DNA from: Eledone cirrhosa
Lineage: Eukaryota
Assembly (NCBI GenBank): GCA_964016885.1
Contig: OZ024757.1
Span: 17,732,001 to 17,796,000 of the forward strand
Reading direction: 5' to 3'
Length of the DNA stretch: 64,000 nt
The notes below the pieces were generated by a model. The model was not told the DNA's origin. It made no database searches and saw only the letters and a program-made list of their open reading frames with translations. A program made the translations under genes and the position numbers. This document shows, piece by piece, positions 1-38,003 of the stretch (the stretch's first letter is position 1; each line of letters starts with the position of its first letter).

Positions 1-505
1 GGAAGGTGGTGCTGGTAGGTGGTAGTGTTGGTGATGGTAGGTGGTGGTGGAAGGTGGTGCTGGTAGGTGGTAGTGTTGGTGTTGGTGGTGGTGGTGTTGG
101 TAGGTGGTGGTGGAAGGTGGTGCTGGTAGGTGGTAGTGTTGGTGATGGTAGGTGGTGGTGTTGGTGGTGGTGGTGTTGGTGATGGTGGTGTTGGTGATGG
201 TAGGTGGTGGTGTTGGTGGTGGTGATGGTAGGTGGTGGTGTTGGTGGGTGGTGGTAGGGGGTGTTGGTGATGGTAGGTGGTGGTAGGGGGTGGTGGTGCT
301 GGTGATGGTAGGTGGTGGTGTTGGTGATGGTAGGTGGTGGTGTTGGTGATGGTAGGTGGTGGTGGTGGAAGGTGGTGCTGGTAGGTGGTAGTGCTGGTGA
401 TGGTAGGTGATAGGTAGAAGGTGGTGGTAGGTGGTGGTGTTGGTAGGTGGTTGTGGTGGTAGGTGGTGGTGGTGGTAGGTGGTGGTGGTGGTAGGTGTTG
501 GTGGT
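1..505 (+). repeat. Degenerate (GGT)n / GGTAGGT simple repeat
   Basis: Continuous ggt, ggtaggt and ggtgat units. Confidence 0.9.
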
Positions 506-579
506 TGCGTCATCAGTTATATTTGACGACACCATCACCGCACCACCACAACCGTATACATACATATCTATCTATCTAT

Positions 580-1873
580 GGGCTATGGATTTCGGTCCAT
601 ACCTCGACGGCCTACCGCGACTCTCAGACAGCGAGGCAAAGTTCTGCGAAAAGCCGATTTCAGCCGCTGAGATAGGGGACGCGCTGAGCCAATGCGGCAA
701 ACGCAAATCTCCAGGTCTCGACGGTCTACCCTACGAATTTTACGTAGCAATGCCGGACTTATTCTCCGGTCTCCTGGAAGCGGCCTACGCCGACGACGTG
801 ACAGTAATGGTGTCGAGCGCCTCGCAAATCGAGGAAGTCGGCACCTTACTAAAGGAATACGAAAGTTTCACAGGAGCGAAGCTGAACCGGTAAAGCTGCT
901 CGGGGTCTGGTTTGGTCCGGACCTCCAGGTGGAGAAGAACTGGAACGAAGTGACGGCCAAGGTGTTTGCACTCACCCAGAAGTGGGCCGAGTGCAAACTA
1001 TCCTTGAAAGGTCGAGCAGAGGTGGCGAACACATTTATAGCATCCGTCATCTACTACCGCTTGACCGTCATGCCTTGTCCAACCAAAACGCTCGCCAAAA
1101 TGGAACACGCGCTCTTCCAATTCCTTTGGAAGAGGCGGGCTCCTTTGGTGAGAAGATCCATCTGCTGCCAACACCCTTCTAACGGAGGGCTGGGGATGCC
1201 GTGGTTGACGATGCGCAAACACGCGCTCAGGCTGCGGCATCTCTACGTATTCCTCACACATTCATACACTGCCCAGACGTCACTGACCTGTGGGGCTATG
1301 TAGAACGACTATTGTCGCGGGTGGGACCAATCCGGTTGACCACCGAGTCCATTGTCATGATCAAACCGCCACCCTCCTTCAAAAACGAAGGAGAGGCGGT
1401 TTTCCTTTGTGTGATAGCTATGGCGAAAGAGGTTGTATGGTAGACAAGGTTGAAAGGGCTGAGGTCAGACACCTTTCTCTCCGGCCAACAACTGGTTCTT
1501 TTTTTCAAATACCACTTTGGAAGAAGAATCAGGATGGAGAGAGAGGTGCTGTACCCCAGCAAGTTTTATGAAAGGTGGGTGAAAGTGGCGAGAATGGCCC
1601 GAGTGAATGGGCCTTCTCTCTATATCAGCCTGTAGGTTGAGGAAAAGGAGGAGGAGAGGAAAGGAGTACAAACTCTTCGTACTCCTGGAGTTGAGGGTTG
1701 CACATTTTTTCGGGGGTATGTGTTACCCATATGAACTGTCTCCTCCTATTGGGGAAAATCGACTAACTTTTTAAATTGCATTTGTGATAACATTTTACAC
1801 GTTTTTATTGTATGTAAACTTCCCCCTTTGTATTTGTCCCCTTCTTTTGTGCCCCTGTGGCTAATAAAGAAAC
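580..1873 (+). mobile_element. Internally deleted L1/Tx1-like non-LTR retrotransposon (RT and C-terminal remnants, 3' UTR)
   Basis: KSPGLDGLPYEFY, AYADDVTV, KLLGVWFG, LSLKGRAEVAN, GGLGMP motifs; ends GTGGCTAATAAAGAAAC followed by (TATC)-type repeat; homologous to 46773-47659 and 63381-64000. Confidence 0.85.
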
Positions 1874-2070
1874 ATATCTATCTATATATCTATATATATC
1901 TAACTATATATATATAGATATATACACACACACATATTATTACATATTCATACACACTTACATACATATATTCATACATACATACATATATACATTCATA
2001 CATATATATATATATATATATACATACACACATACATACATATATATATTAGTCTTTTGATATATTATAG

Positions 2071-27368
<25,298 letters not shown>

Positions 27369-27459
27369 AGAATTTATCAACAAACCTTCTAGATTGAAGT
27401 AGATAACAACACAAACAAAATCAAGGACATCATTATCCTCAAGGCCTCTTCATCACCAT

Positions 27460-27972
27460 TAACAATAAAAACACCCACACCAGCAGCAACAACAACAACA
27501 ACACCACCACCACCACCACACCAACAACACCAACAAAACCATCACCACTACCACCACCACCAACAACACCAGCACCACCACTACCACCACCACAACACCT
27601 CCAAAACACCACCACCACCAACGACAACAACACCAGCACCACCACCACACCAACAAAACCATCACCACCACCACCAACAACACCAGCACCACCACTACCA
27701 CCACCACCACCCCTCCAAAACACCACCACCACCAACGACAACAACAACACCAGCACCACCACCACCACCACCACCACATCAACAACACCAACAAAACCAT
27801 CACCACCACCACCAACAACAACGATAACAACAACACCAGCAACACCACCACCACCACCACCAACAACAACAACGACATCAACACCACCAGCACAACCAAC
27901 AACAACACCACCATCACCTCCAAAAACACGACCAACACCACTACCACCACCACCACCAACAACAACAACATG
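27460..27972 (+). repeat. (CAC/CAA)n simple repeat
   Basis: Direct reading. Confidence 0.9.
27464..27469 (+). terminator. Candidate polyadenylation signal AATAAA for the KCNQ1-like gene
   Basis: First AATAAA after the stop, about 95 bp downstream; no transcript evidence. Confidence 0.25.
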
Positions 27973-28002
27973 AACCTGAAAAACCTTTGCAGATTTTTGA
28001 TA

Positions 28003-31000
28003 TATGTATGTCATAGCTGGAGTGGAGTTGAGGATGATGTATGTCATAGCTAGAGTGGAGTTGAGGGTGTGGAGTGTCACAGCTGGAGTGGAGTTGAGGG
28101 TGATGTATGTCATAGCTAGAGTAGAGTTGACGGTGATGTATGTCATAGCTGGAGTGGAGTTGAGGGTGATGTATGTCATAGCTAGAGTAGAGTTGAGGGT
28201 GATGTATGTCATAGCTGGAGTGGAGTTGAGGGTGATGTATGTCATAGCTGGAGTGGAGTTGAGGGTGATGTATGTCATAGCTGGAGTGGAGTTGAAGGTG
28301 ATGTATGTCATAGCTGGAGTGGAGTTAAGGGTGTGGAGTGTCAGATGGAGTGCAGTTGAGGGTGTGGAGTGTCATATCTGGAGTGGAGTTGAGGGTGTGG
28401 AGTGTCATAGATGGAGTGCAGTTGAGGGTGTGGAGTGTCGTAGTTAGAGTGGAGTTGAGGGTGATGTATGTCATAGCAGGAATGGAGTTGACGGTGTGGA
28501 GTGTCATAGCTAGAGTGGAGTTGAGGGTGATGTATGTCATAGCTGGAGTGGAGTTGAGGGTGATGTATGTCATAGCTGGAGTGAAATTGAGGGTGATGTA
28601 TGTCGTAGCTGGAGTGGAGTTGAGGGTGTGGTGTGTCATAGCTAGAGTGGAGTTGAGGGTGATGTATGTCATAGCTGGAGTGGAGTTGAGGGTGATGTAT
28701 GTCATAGCTGGAGTGGAGTTGAAGGTGATGTATGTCATAGCTGGAGTGGAGTTGAGGGTGATGTATGTCATAGCTGGAGTGGAGTTGAGGGTGATGTATG
28801 TCATAGCTAGAGTAGAGTTGAGGGTGATGTATGTCATAGCTGGAGTGGAATTGAGGGTGATGTATGTTATAGCTGGAGTGGAGTTGAAGGTATGGAGTGT
28901 CATAGCTAGAGTGGAGTTGAGGGTGTGGAGTGTCATAGCTGGAGTGGAGTTGAGGGTATGGAGTGTCATAGATGGAGTGCAGTTGAGGGTGTGGAGTGTC
29001 GTAGTTAGAGTGGAGTTGAGGGTGATGTATGTCATAGCGGGAATGGAGTTTAGGGTGATGTATGTCATAGCTGGAGTAGAGTTGAGGGTGATGTATGTCA
29101 TAGCTAGAGTGGAGTTGAAAGTGTGGAGTGTCAGCTGGAGTGGAGTTGAGGGTGATGTATGTAATAGCTGGAGTGGAGTTAAGGCGCGATGTATGTCATA
29201 GCTAGAGTGGAGTTGAGGGTGTGGAGTGTCATAGCTGGAGTGGAGTTGAGGGTGATGTATGTCATAGCTGGAGTGGAGTTGAGGGTGATGTATGTCATAG
29301 CTGGAGTGGAGTTGAGGGTGTGGAGTGTCATAGCTGGAGTGGAGTTGAGGATGATGTATGTCATAGCCAGAGTAGAGTTGAGGGTGTGGAGTGTCATAGC
29401 CGGAGTGGAGTTGAGGGTGATGTATGTCATAGCTAGAGTGGAGTTGAGGGTGATGTATGTTATAGCTGGAGTGGAGTTGAGGGTGATGTATGTCATAGCT
29501 AGAGTGGAGTTTAGGGTGATGTATGTCATAGCTAGAGTGGAGTTGAAAGTGTGGAGTGTCATAGCTGGAGTGGAGTTGAGGGTGATGTCATAGCTGGAGT
29601 GGAGTTGAGGGTGTGGATTGTCATAGCTAGAGTGGAGTTGAAAGTGTGGAGTGTCATAGCTGGAGTGGAGTTGAGGGTGATGTATGTCATAGCTGGAGTG
29701 GAGTTGAGGGTGATGTATGTCATAGCTAGAGTCGAGTTGAGGGTGATGTATGTTATAGCTGGAGTGGAGTTGAGGGTGATGTATGTCATAGCTAGAGTGG
29801 AGTTTAGGGTGATGTATGTCATAGCTAGAGTGGAGTTGAAAGTGTGAAGTGTCATAGCTGGAGTGGAGTTGAGGATGATGTATGTCATAGCTGGAGTGGA
29901 GTTGAGGGTGATGTATGTCATAGCTAAAGTGGAGTTGAGAGTGTTGAGTGTCATAGCTGGAGTGGAGTTGAGGATGATGTATGTCATAGCTGGAGTGGAG
30001 TTGAGGGTGTGGAGTGTCATAGCTGGAGTGGAGTTGAGGATGATGTATGTCATAGCTAGAGTGGAGTTGAGGGTGTGGAGTGTCATAGCTAGAGTGGGGT
30101 TAGGGTGTGAAGTGTCATAGCTGGAGTGGAGTTGAGGGTGTGGAGGGTGTGGAGTGTCATAGATGGAGTGCAGTTGAGAGTGTGGAGTGTCATAGCTAGA
30201 ATGGAGTTGAGGGTGATGTATGTTATAGCTGGAGTGGAGTTGAGGGTGATGTATGCCATAGCTAGATTGGAGATGAGGGTGATGTATGTCATAGCTGGAG
30301 TGGAGTTGAGAGTGTGGAGCGTCACAGCTGGAGTGGAGTTGAGGGTGTGAAGTGTCATAGCTGGAGTGGAGTTGAGGGTGTGGAGTATCATAGATGGAGT
30401 GCAGTTGAGGGTGTGGAGTGTCGTAGTTAGAGTTGAGTTGACGGTGATGTATGTCATAGTGGGAATGGAGTTTAGGGTGATGTATGTCATAACTAAAGTG
30501 GAGTTGAAAGTGTGGAGTGTCATAGCTAGAGTGGAGTTGAGGGTGTACAGTGTTGTAGCTAGAGTGGAGTTGAGGGTGTGGAGTGTCGTAGCTAGAGTAG
30601 AGTTGTGGGTATTGTATGTCATAGCTGGAGTGGTGTTGAGGGTTATGTATGTCATAGCTAGAGTAGAGTTGAGGGTGATGTATGTCATAGCTAGAGTGGA
30701 GTTGAAAGTGTGGAGTGTCATAGCTGGAGTGGAGTTGAGGGTGATGTATGTAATAGCTGGAGTGGAGTTGAGGGTGTGGAGTGTCATAGCTGGAGTGGAG
30801 TTGAGGATGATGTATGTCATAGCTAGAGTGGAGTTGAGGGTGTGGAGTGTCATAGCTAGAGTGGGGTTAGGGTGATGTATGTCATAGCTGGAGTGGAGTT
30901 GAGGGTGTGGAATGTCATAGCTGGAGTGAGTGGAGTTGAGGGTGATGTAAGTCATAGCTGGAGTGGAGTTGAGGGTGATGTATGTCAGCTAGAGTAGAGT

Positions 31001-34000
31001 TGAGGGTGATGTATGTCATAGCTGGAGTGGAATTGAGAGTGATGTATGTTATAGCTGGAGTGGAGTTGAGGGTGATGTATGTCATAGCTGGAGTGGAGTT
31101 GAAAGTGTGGAGTGTCATAGCTGGAGTGGAGTTGAGGGTGATGTAATAGCTGGAGTGGAGTTGAGGGTGTGGATTGTCATAGCTAGAGTGGAGTTGAAAG
31201 TGTGGAGTGTCATAGCTGGAGTGGAGTTGAGGGTGATGTATGTCATAGCTGGAGTGGAGTTGAGGGTGATGTATGTCATAGCTAGAGTGGAGTTGAAAGT
31301 GTGGAGTGTCATAGCTGGAGTGGAGTTGAGGATGATGTATGTCATAGCTGGAGTGGAGTGTCATAGATGGAGTGCAGTTGAGGGTGTGGAGTGTCATAGC
31401 TAGAGTGGAGTTGAGGGTGATGTATGTTACAGCTGGAGTGGAGTTGAGGGTGATGTATGCCATAGCTAGATTGGAGATGAGGGTGATCTATGTCATAGCT
31501 GGAGTGGAGTTGAGGGTGTGGAGCGTCACAGCTGGAGTGGAGTTGAGGGTGTGAAGTGTCATAGCTGGAGTGGAGTTGAGGGTGTGGAGTATCATAGATG
31601 GAGTGCAGTTGAGGGTGTGGAGTGTCGTAGTTAGAGTTGAGTTGACGGTGATGTATGTCATAGTGGGAATGGAGTTTAGGGTGATGTATGTCATAACTAA
31701 AGTGGAGTTGAAAGTGTGGAGTGCCATAGCTAGAGTGGAGTTGAGGGTGTACAGTGTTGTAGCTAGAGTGGAGTTGAGTGTGTGGAGTGTCGTAGCTAGA
31801 GTAGAGTTGTGGGTATTGTATGTCATAGCTGGAGTGGTGTTGAGGGTTATGTATGTCATAGCTAGAGTAGAGTTGAGGGTGATGTATGTCATAGCTAGAG
31901 TGGAGTTGAAAGTGTGGAGTGTCATAGCTGGAGTGGAGTTGAGGGTGATGTATGTAATAGCTGGAGTGGAGTTGAGGGTGTGGAGTGTCATAGCTAGAGT
32001 GGGGTTAGGGTGATGTATGTCATAGCTGGAGTGGAGTTGAGGGTGTGGAATGTCATAGCTGGAGTGAGTGGAGTTGAGGGTGATGTAAGTCATAGCTGGA
32101 GTGGAGTTGAGGGTGATGTATGTCACCTAGAGTAGAGTTGAGGGTGATGTATGTCATAGCTGGAGTGGAATTGAGAGTGATGTATATTATAGCTGGAGTG
32201 GAGTTGAGGGTGATGTATGTCATAGCTGGAGTGGAGTTGAGGGTGTGGAGCGTCACAGCTGGAGTGGAGTTGAGGATGTGAAGTGTCATAGCTGGAGTGG
32301 AGTTGAGGGTGTGGAGTGTCATAGATGGAGTGCAGTTGAGGGTGTGGAGTGTCATAGCTAGAGTGGAGTTGAGGGTGATGTATGTCATAGCTAGATTGGA
32401 GTTGAGGGTGATGTATGTCATAGCTGGAGTGGAGTTGAGTTGAGGGTGTGGAGCGTCACAGCTGGAGTGGAGTTGAGGGTGCGGAGTGTGATAGATGGAG
32501 TGCAGTTGAGAGTGTGGAGTGTCATAGCTAGAGTGGAGTTGAGGGTGATGTATGTTATAGCTGGAGTGGAGTTGAGGGTGATGTATGCCATAGCTAGATT
32601 GGAGTTGAGGTTGATGTATGTCATAGCTGGAGTGGAGTTGAGGGTGTGGAGCGTCACAGCTGGAGTGGAGTTGAGGGTGTGAAGTGTTATAGCTGGAGTC
32701 GAGTTGAGGGTGTGGAGTATCATAGATGGAGTGCAGTTGAGGGTGTGGAGTGTCGTAGTTAGAGTTGAGTTGACGGTGATGTATGTCATAGTGGGAATGG
32801 AGTTTAGGGTGATGTATGTCATAACTAGAGTGGAGTTGAAAGTGTGGAGTGTCATAGCTAGAGTGGAGTTGAGGGTGTACAGTCTTGTAGCTAGAGTGGA
32901 GTTGAGGGTGTGGAGTGTCGTAGCTAGAGTAGAGTTGTGGGTATTGTATGTCATAGCTGGAGTGGAGTTGAGGGTTATGTATGTCATAGCTAGAGTAGAG
33001 TTGAAGGTGATGTATGTCATAGCTAGAGTGGAGTTGAAAGTATGGAGTGTCATAGCTGGAGTGGAGCTGAGGGTGATGTATGTAATAGCTGGAGTGGAGT
33101 TGAGGGTGTGGAGTGTCATAGCTGGAGTGGGGTTAGGGTGATGTATGTCATAGCTGGAGTGGAGTTAAGGCGCGATGTATGTCATAGCTAGAGTGGATTT
33201 GAGGGTGTGGAGTGTCATAGCTGGAGTGGATTTGAGGGTGTGGAGCGTCATAGCTACAGTGGAGTTGAAAGTGTGGAGTGTCATAGCTGGAGTGGAGTTG
33301 AGGGTGATGTATGTCATAGCTGGAGTGGAGTGTGATGCATGTCATAGCTAAAGTGGAGTTGATAGTGTGGAGTGTCATAGCTGGAGTGGAGTTGAGGGTG
33401 ATGTATGTCATAGCTGGAGTGGAGTTGAGGGTGTGGAGTGTCATAGCTGGAGTGGAGTTGAGGATGATGTATGTCATAGCCAGAGTAGAGTTGAGGGTGT
33501 GGAGTGTCATAGCCGGAGTGGAGTTGAGGGTGATGTATGTCATAGCTAGAGTGGAGTTGAGGGTGTGGAGTGTCATAGCTGGAGTGGAGTTGAGGGTGAT
33601 GTATGTCATAGCTGGAGTGGAGTTGAGAGTGTGGAGTTAAGGGTTTGGAGTGTCATAGCTAGAGTGGAGTTGAGGGTGATGTATGTTATAGCTGGAGTGG
33701 AGTTGAGGGTGATGTATGTCATAGCTAGAGTGGAGTTTAGGGTGATGTATGTCATAGCTAGAGTGGAGTTGAAAGTGTGGAGTGTCATAGCTGGAGTGGA
33801 GTTGAGGGTGATGTATGTCATAGCTGGAGTGGAGTTGAGGGTGTGGATTGTCATAGCTAGAGTGGAGTTGAAAGTGTGGAGTGTCATAGCTGGAGTGGAG
33901 TTGAGGGTGTTGTATGTCATAGCTGGAGTGGAGTTGAGGGTGATGTATGTCATAGCTAGAGTGGAGTTGAAAGTGTGGAGTGTCATAGCTGGAGTGGAGT

Positions 34001-36005
34001 TGAGGATGATGTATGTCATAGCTGGAGTGGAGTTGAGGGTGTGGAGTGTCATAGCTGGAGTGGAGTTTAGGATGATGTATGTCATAGCTAGAGTGGAGTT
34101 GAGGGTGTGGAGTGTCATAGCTAGAGTGGGGTTAGGGTGATGTATGTCATAGCTGGAGTGGAGTTGAGGGTGTGGAATGTCATAGCTGGAGTGAGTGGAG
34201 TTGAGGGTGATGTATGTCATAGCTGGAGTGGAGTTGAGGGTGATGTATGTCAGCTAGAGTAGAGTTGAGGGTGATATATGTCATAGCTGGAGTGGAATTG
34301 AGAGTGATGTATGTTATAGCTGGAGTGGAGTTGAGGGTGATGTATGTCATAGCTGGAGTGGAGTTGAGGGTGTGGAGCGTCACAGCTGGAGTGGAGTTGA
34401 GGGTGTGAAGTGTCATAGCTGGAGTGGAGTTGAGGGTGTGGAGTGTCATAGATGGAGTGCAGTTGAGGGTGTGGAGTGTCATAGCTAGAGTGGAGTTGAG
34501 GGTGATGTATGTCATAGCTAGATTGGAGTTGAGGGTGATGTATGTCATAGCTGGAGTGGAGTTGAGGGTGTGGAGTGTCATAGATGGAGTGCAGTTGAGG
34601 GTGTGGAGTGTCATAGCTAGAGTGGAGTTGAGGGTGATGTATGTTATAGCTGGAGTGGAGTTGAGGGTGATGTATGTCATAGCTGGAGTGGATTTGAGGG
34701 TGTGGAGCGTCACAGCTGGAGTGGAGTTGAGGGTGTGAAGTGTCATAGCTGGAGTGGAGTTGAGGGTGTGGAGTGTCATAGATGGAGTGCAGTTGAGGGT
34801 GTGGAGTGTCATAGCTAGAGTGGAGTTGAGGGTGATGTATGTTATAGCTGGAGTGGAGTTGAGGGTGATGTATGTCATAGCTAGATTGGAGTTGAGGGTG
34901 ATGTATGTCATAGCTGGAGTGGAGTTGAGGGTGTGGAGCGTCACAGCTGGAGTGGAGTTGAGGGTGTGAAGTGTCATAGCTGGAGTGGAGTTGAGGGTGT
35001 GGAGTGTCATAGATGGAGTGCAGTTGAGGGTGTGGAGTGTCATAGCTAGAGTGGAGTTGAGGGTGATGTATGTTATAGCTGGAGTGGAGTTGAGGGTGAT
35101 GTATGTCATAGCTAGATTGGAGTTGAGGGTGATGTATGTCATAGCTGGAGTGGAGTTGAGGGTGTGGAGCGTCACAGCTGGAGTGGAGTTGAGGGTGTGA
35201 AGTGTCATAGCTGGAGTGGAGTTGAGGGTGTGGATTGTCATAGATGGAGTGCAGTTGAAGGTGTGGAGTGTCGTAGTTAGAGTTGAGTTGACGGTGATGT
35301 ATGTTATAGCTGGAGTGGAGTTGAGGGTGATGTATGTCATAGTGGGAATGGAGTTTAGGGTGATGTATGTCATAACTAGAGTGGAGTTGAAAGTGTGGAG
35401 TGTCATAGCTAGAGTGGAGTTGAGAGTGTACAGTGTTGTAGCTAGAGTGGAGTTGAGGGTGTGGAGTGTCGTAGCTAGAGTAGAGTTGTGGGTATTGTAT
35501 GTCATAGCTGGAGTGGTGTTGAGGGTTATGTATGTCATAGCTAGTGGGATTGAGAGTGTGGAGTGTCATAGCTAGAGTGGAGGGTTATGTATGTCATAGC
35601 TAGTGGAGTTGAGGGTGATGTATGTCATAGCTAGTGGAGTTGAGGGTGATGTATATCATAGATGGAGTGGAGTTGAGGCTGTGGAATGTCATAGCTAGAG
35701 TGGGGTTGAGGGTGTGGAATGTCATAGCTAGAGTGGGGTTGAGGGCGATGTCATAGCTGGAGTGGAGTTGAGGGTGATGTATGTCATAGCTGGAGTAGAG
35801 TTGAGGGTGATGTATGTCATAGCTAGAGTGGAGTTGAGAGTGTGGAGTGTCATAGCTGGAGTGGAGTTGACGGTGATGCATGTCATAGTTGGAGTGGAGT
35901 TGAGGGTGATGTATATCATAGCTAGAGTGGAGTGTCATAGTTGAGTGGAGTTGAGGGTGTGGAATGTCATAGCTGGAGTTGAGTTGAGGGTGATGTATGT
36001 CATAG
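28003..36005 (+). repeat. ~8-kb 33-bp satellite GTCATAGCT(G/A)GAGTGGAGTTGAGGGTG(ATGTAT|TGGAGT) with higher-order repeats
   Basis: About 240 units of two interleaved variants; 231-bp (7-mer) blocks at 34754, 34985 and 35216. Confidence 0.97.
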
Positions 36006-36185
36006 CCAGAGAGGGTGGTATTTCCAGGTCACAATTGTGGTATGAAGTTGGGTTGGTGTGGGTTGTGGCCATACTCTACCTAATCCCGTCCCCTCTGTTC
36101 TGGGGCCCAAGATTGGCTTGAACTTCATCACTATATATGTCATGGTAGGTATATATAAATATATATATACGAGTATATGTATGTA

Positions 36186-36549
36186 TAGAGAGAGAGAGAG
36201 GGAGAGAGAGAGACTGAGTGAGAGAGAGGGAGAGACTGAATGAGAGTGAGAGGGACTAAGTGAGAGAGACTGAGTGAGAGGGAGAGAGAGAGAGACTGAG
36301 TGAGAGAGAGAGAGGGGCAGAGAGACTGAGTGAGAGAGAGAGACTGAGCGAGAGGGAGAGAGAGAGACTGAGTGAGACAGAGAGAGAGAGGCAGAGAGAC
36401 TGAGTGAGAGAGACTGAGTGAGAGAGAGAGAGAGAGACTGAGTGAGGAGAGACTGATTGAGAGAGACTGAGTGAGGAGAGACTGAGTGAGAGAGAGAAAC
36501 TGAGTGAGAGAGGGAGAGAGAGAGAGAGAGAGGGAGAGAGACTGAGTGA

Positions 36550-36584
<35 letters not shown>

Positions 36585-36626
36585 AGTGAGAGGGAGATAG
36601 AGAGAGAGAGAGACTGAGTGAGAGAG
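36186..36626 (+). repeat. (GA)n / GACTGAGT compound microsatellite
   Basis: Direct reading. Confidence 0.9.
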
Positions 36627-37274
36627 GTATAACTGCGTGTTTAGCAATCCCTACTACACCGTGGAAAAGTCTGAACACACAAGCCGAAACCTTTAGGTGC
36701 CGCTGTCGGGATTATACATAACTCTATACCCACTCTGCATCCCCCCATATATTGAGTACTCCCATGATTTGTGGTCTCCCTGGCCTCAGCACTGCAGACT
36801 CTCTCTTTCCCTCTCTCTCCCTCCCTTTCTTTCTGTCTTTCTTTTTTTCTCCCCCCCCCCCCACTCTCTCGCTCCCTCTCTCTAAATATGTGTGTGTGTG
36901 CGTGCGTGCATGCTAGGAATCTCGTATTTAATAAAAAAGATAGCATTAATATCATATATATACTACCATGGCATATATATATATATATTCATTGTACATA
37001 TTTTTACATTGATGTGTTTATATTTTGACCATCATACATTGTCGCCTTTCTCACCTTTCTTTTACCTTTCACAACCCTAACCTGTCTCTCACCTTTTCAC
37101 CTTATCTCTATCATTCTCTATCTGTCAGCAGAGTAGATGTACTTTTTAGAGGCTGACCGTATAGAGTTACATAAATGCACCACATTGATAACTTTCCTTC
37201 TGAAACGAACGTAAAACATTTTGTTAATTAAGTGTTCCACAATTTTTTTTATTCTTGCAATGTTTAACATTATG

Positions 37275-37279
<5 letters not shown>

Positions 37280-37329
<50 letters not shown>

Positions 37330-37531
37330 ATGCATGTACATATATATATATATGTGTGTATGCATGTATATATATATGTATGCATGTATATATATATGTG
37401 TGTATGCATGTACATATATATATATATGTGTGTATGCATGTATATATATATGTATGCATGTATATATATATGTGTGTATGCATGTACATATATATATATA
37501 TGTGTGTATGCATGTATATATATATGTATGC

Positions 37532-37566
<35 letters not shown>

Positions 37567-37674
37567 TGTATATATATATATATATGTATATATAGGTATG
37601 CATGTATATATATATATATGTATATATAGGTATGCATGTATATATATATATATATATGTATATAGATGTATATG

Positions 37675-37720
<46 letters not shown>
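37280..37720 (+). repeat. (TA)n / TGCATG compound microsatellite
   Basis: Direct reading. Confidence 0.85.
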
Positions 37721-37722
<2 letters not shown>

Positions 37723-38003
37723 TGTAATAAACAACATAAGATAATTATTCCATTTACCAGTGGTTTCTTGAAAGCAGATATTTATATCTGCTTTCAGTCG
37801 TCAAAATGAATAAAAACATGGTGTTTTTATTAAATATGGATTTGTAAACAAAAATATTTAAGAAATATGAAAGTGAGGCTGAGAAACAAACCGACGAAAA
37901 AGAAGGGTAGAAAAAATATATAAATATATATAAAAAATGTTCAGAGTGAAAGCAGACTTATTAAACGACACACATATACTTAAAAGTAACAAAGACAATA
38001 CTA

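Noticed and set aside
1-505. Telomeric repeat
   Set aside because: Units are GGT-based, not TTAGGG, and the tract appears to lie within a KCNQ1 intron
28003-36005. Mucin-like MTYITLNSTPA and VIAGVELR repeat proteins
   Set aside because: The 33-bp unit is divisible by 3, frames break at indels, and there are no unique flanking domains or splice evidence
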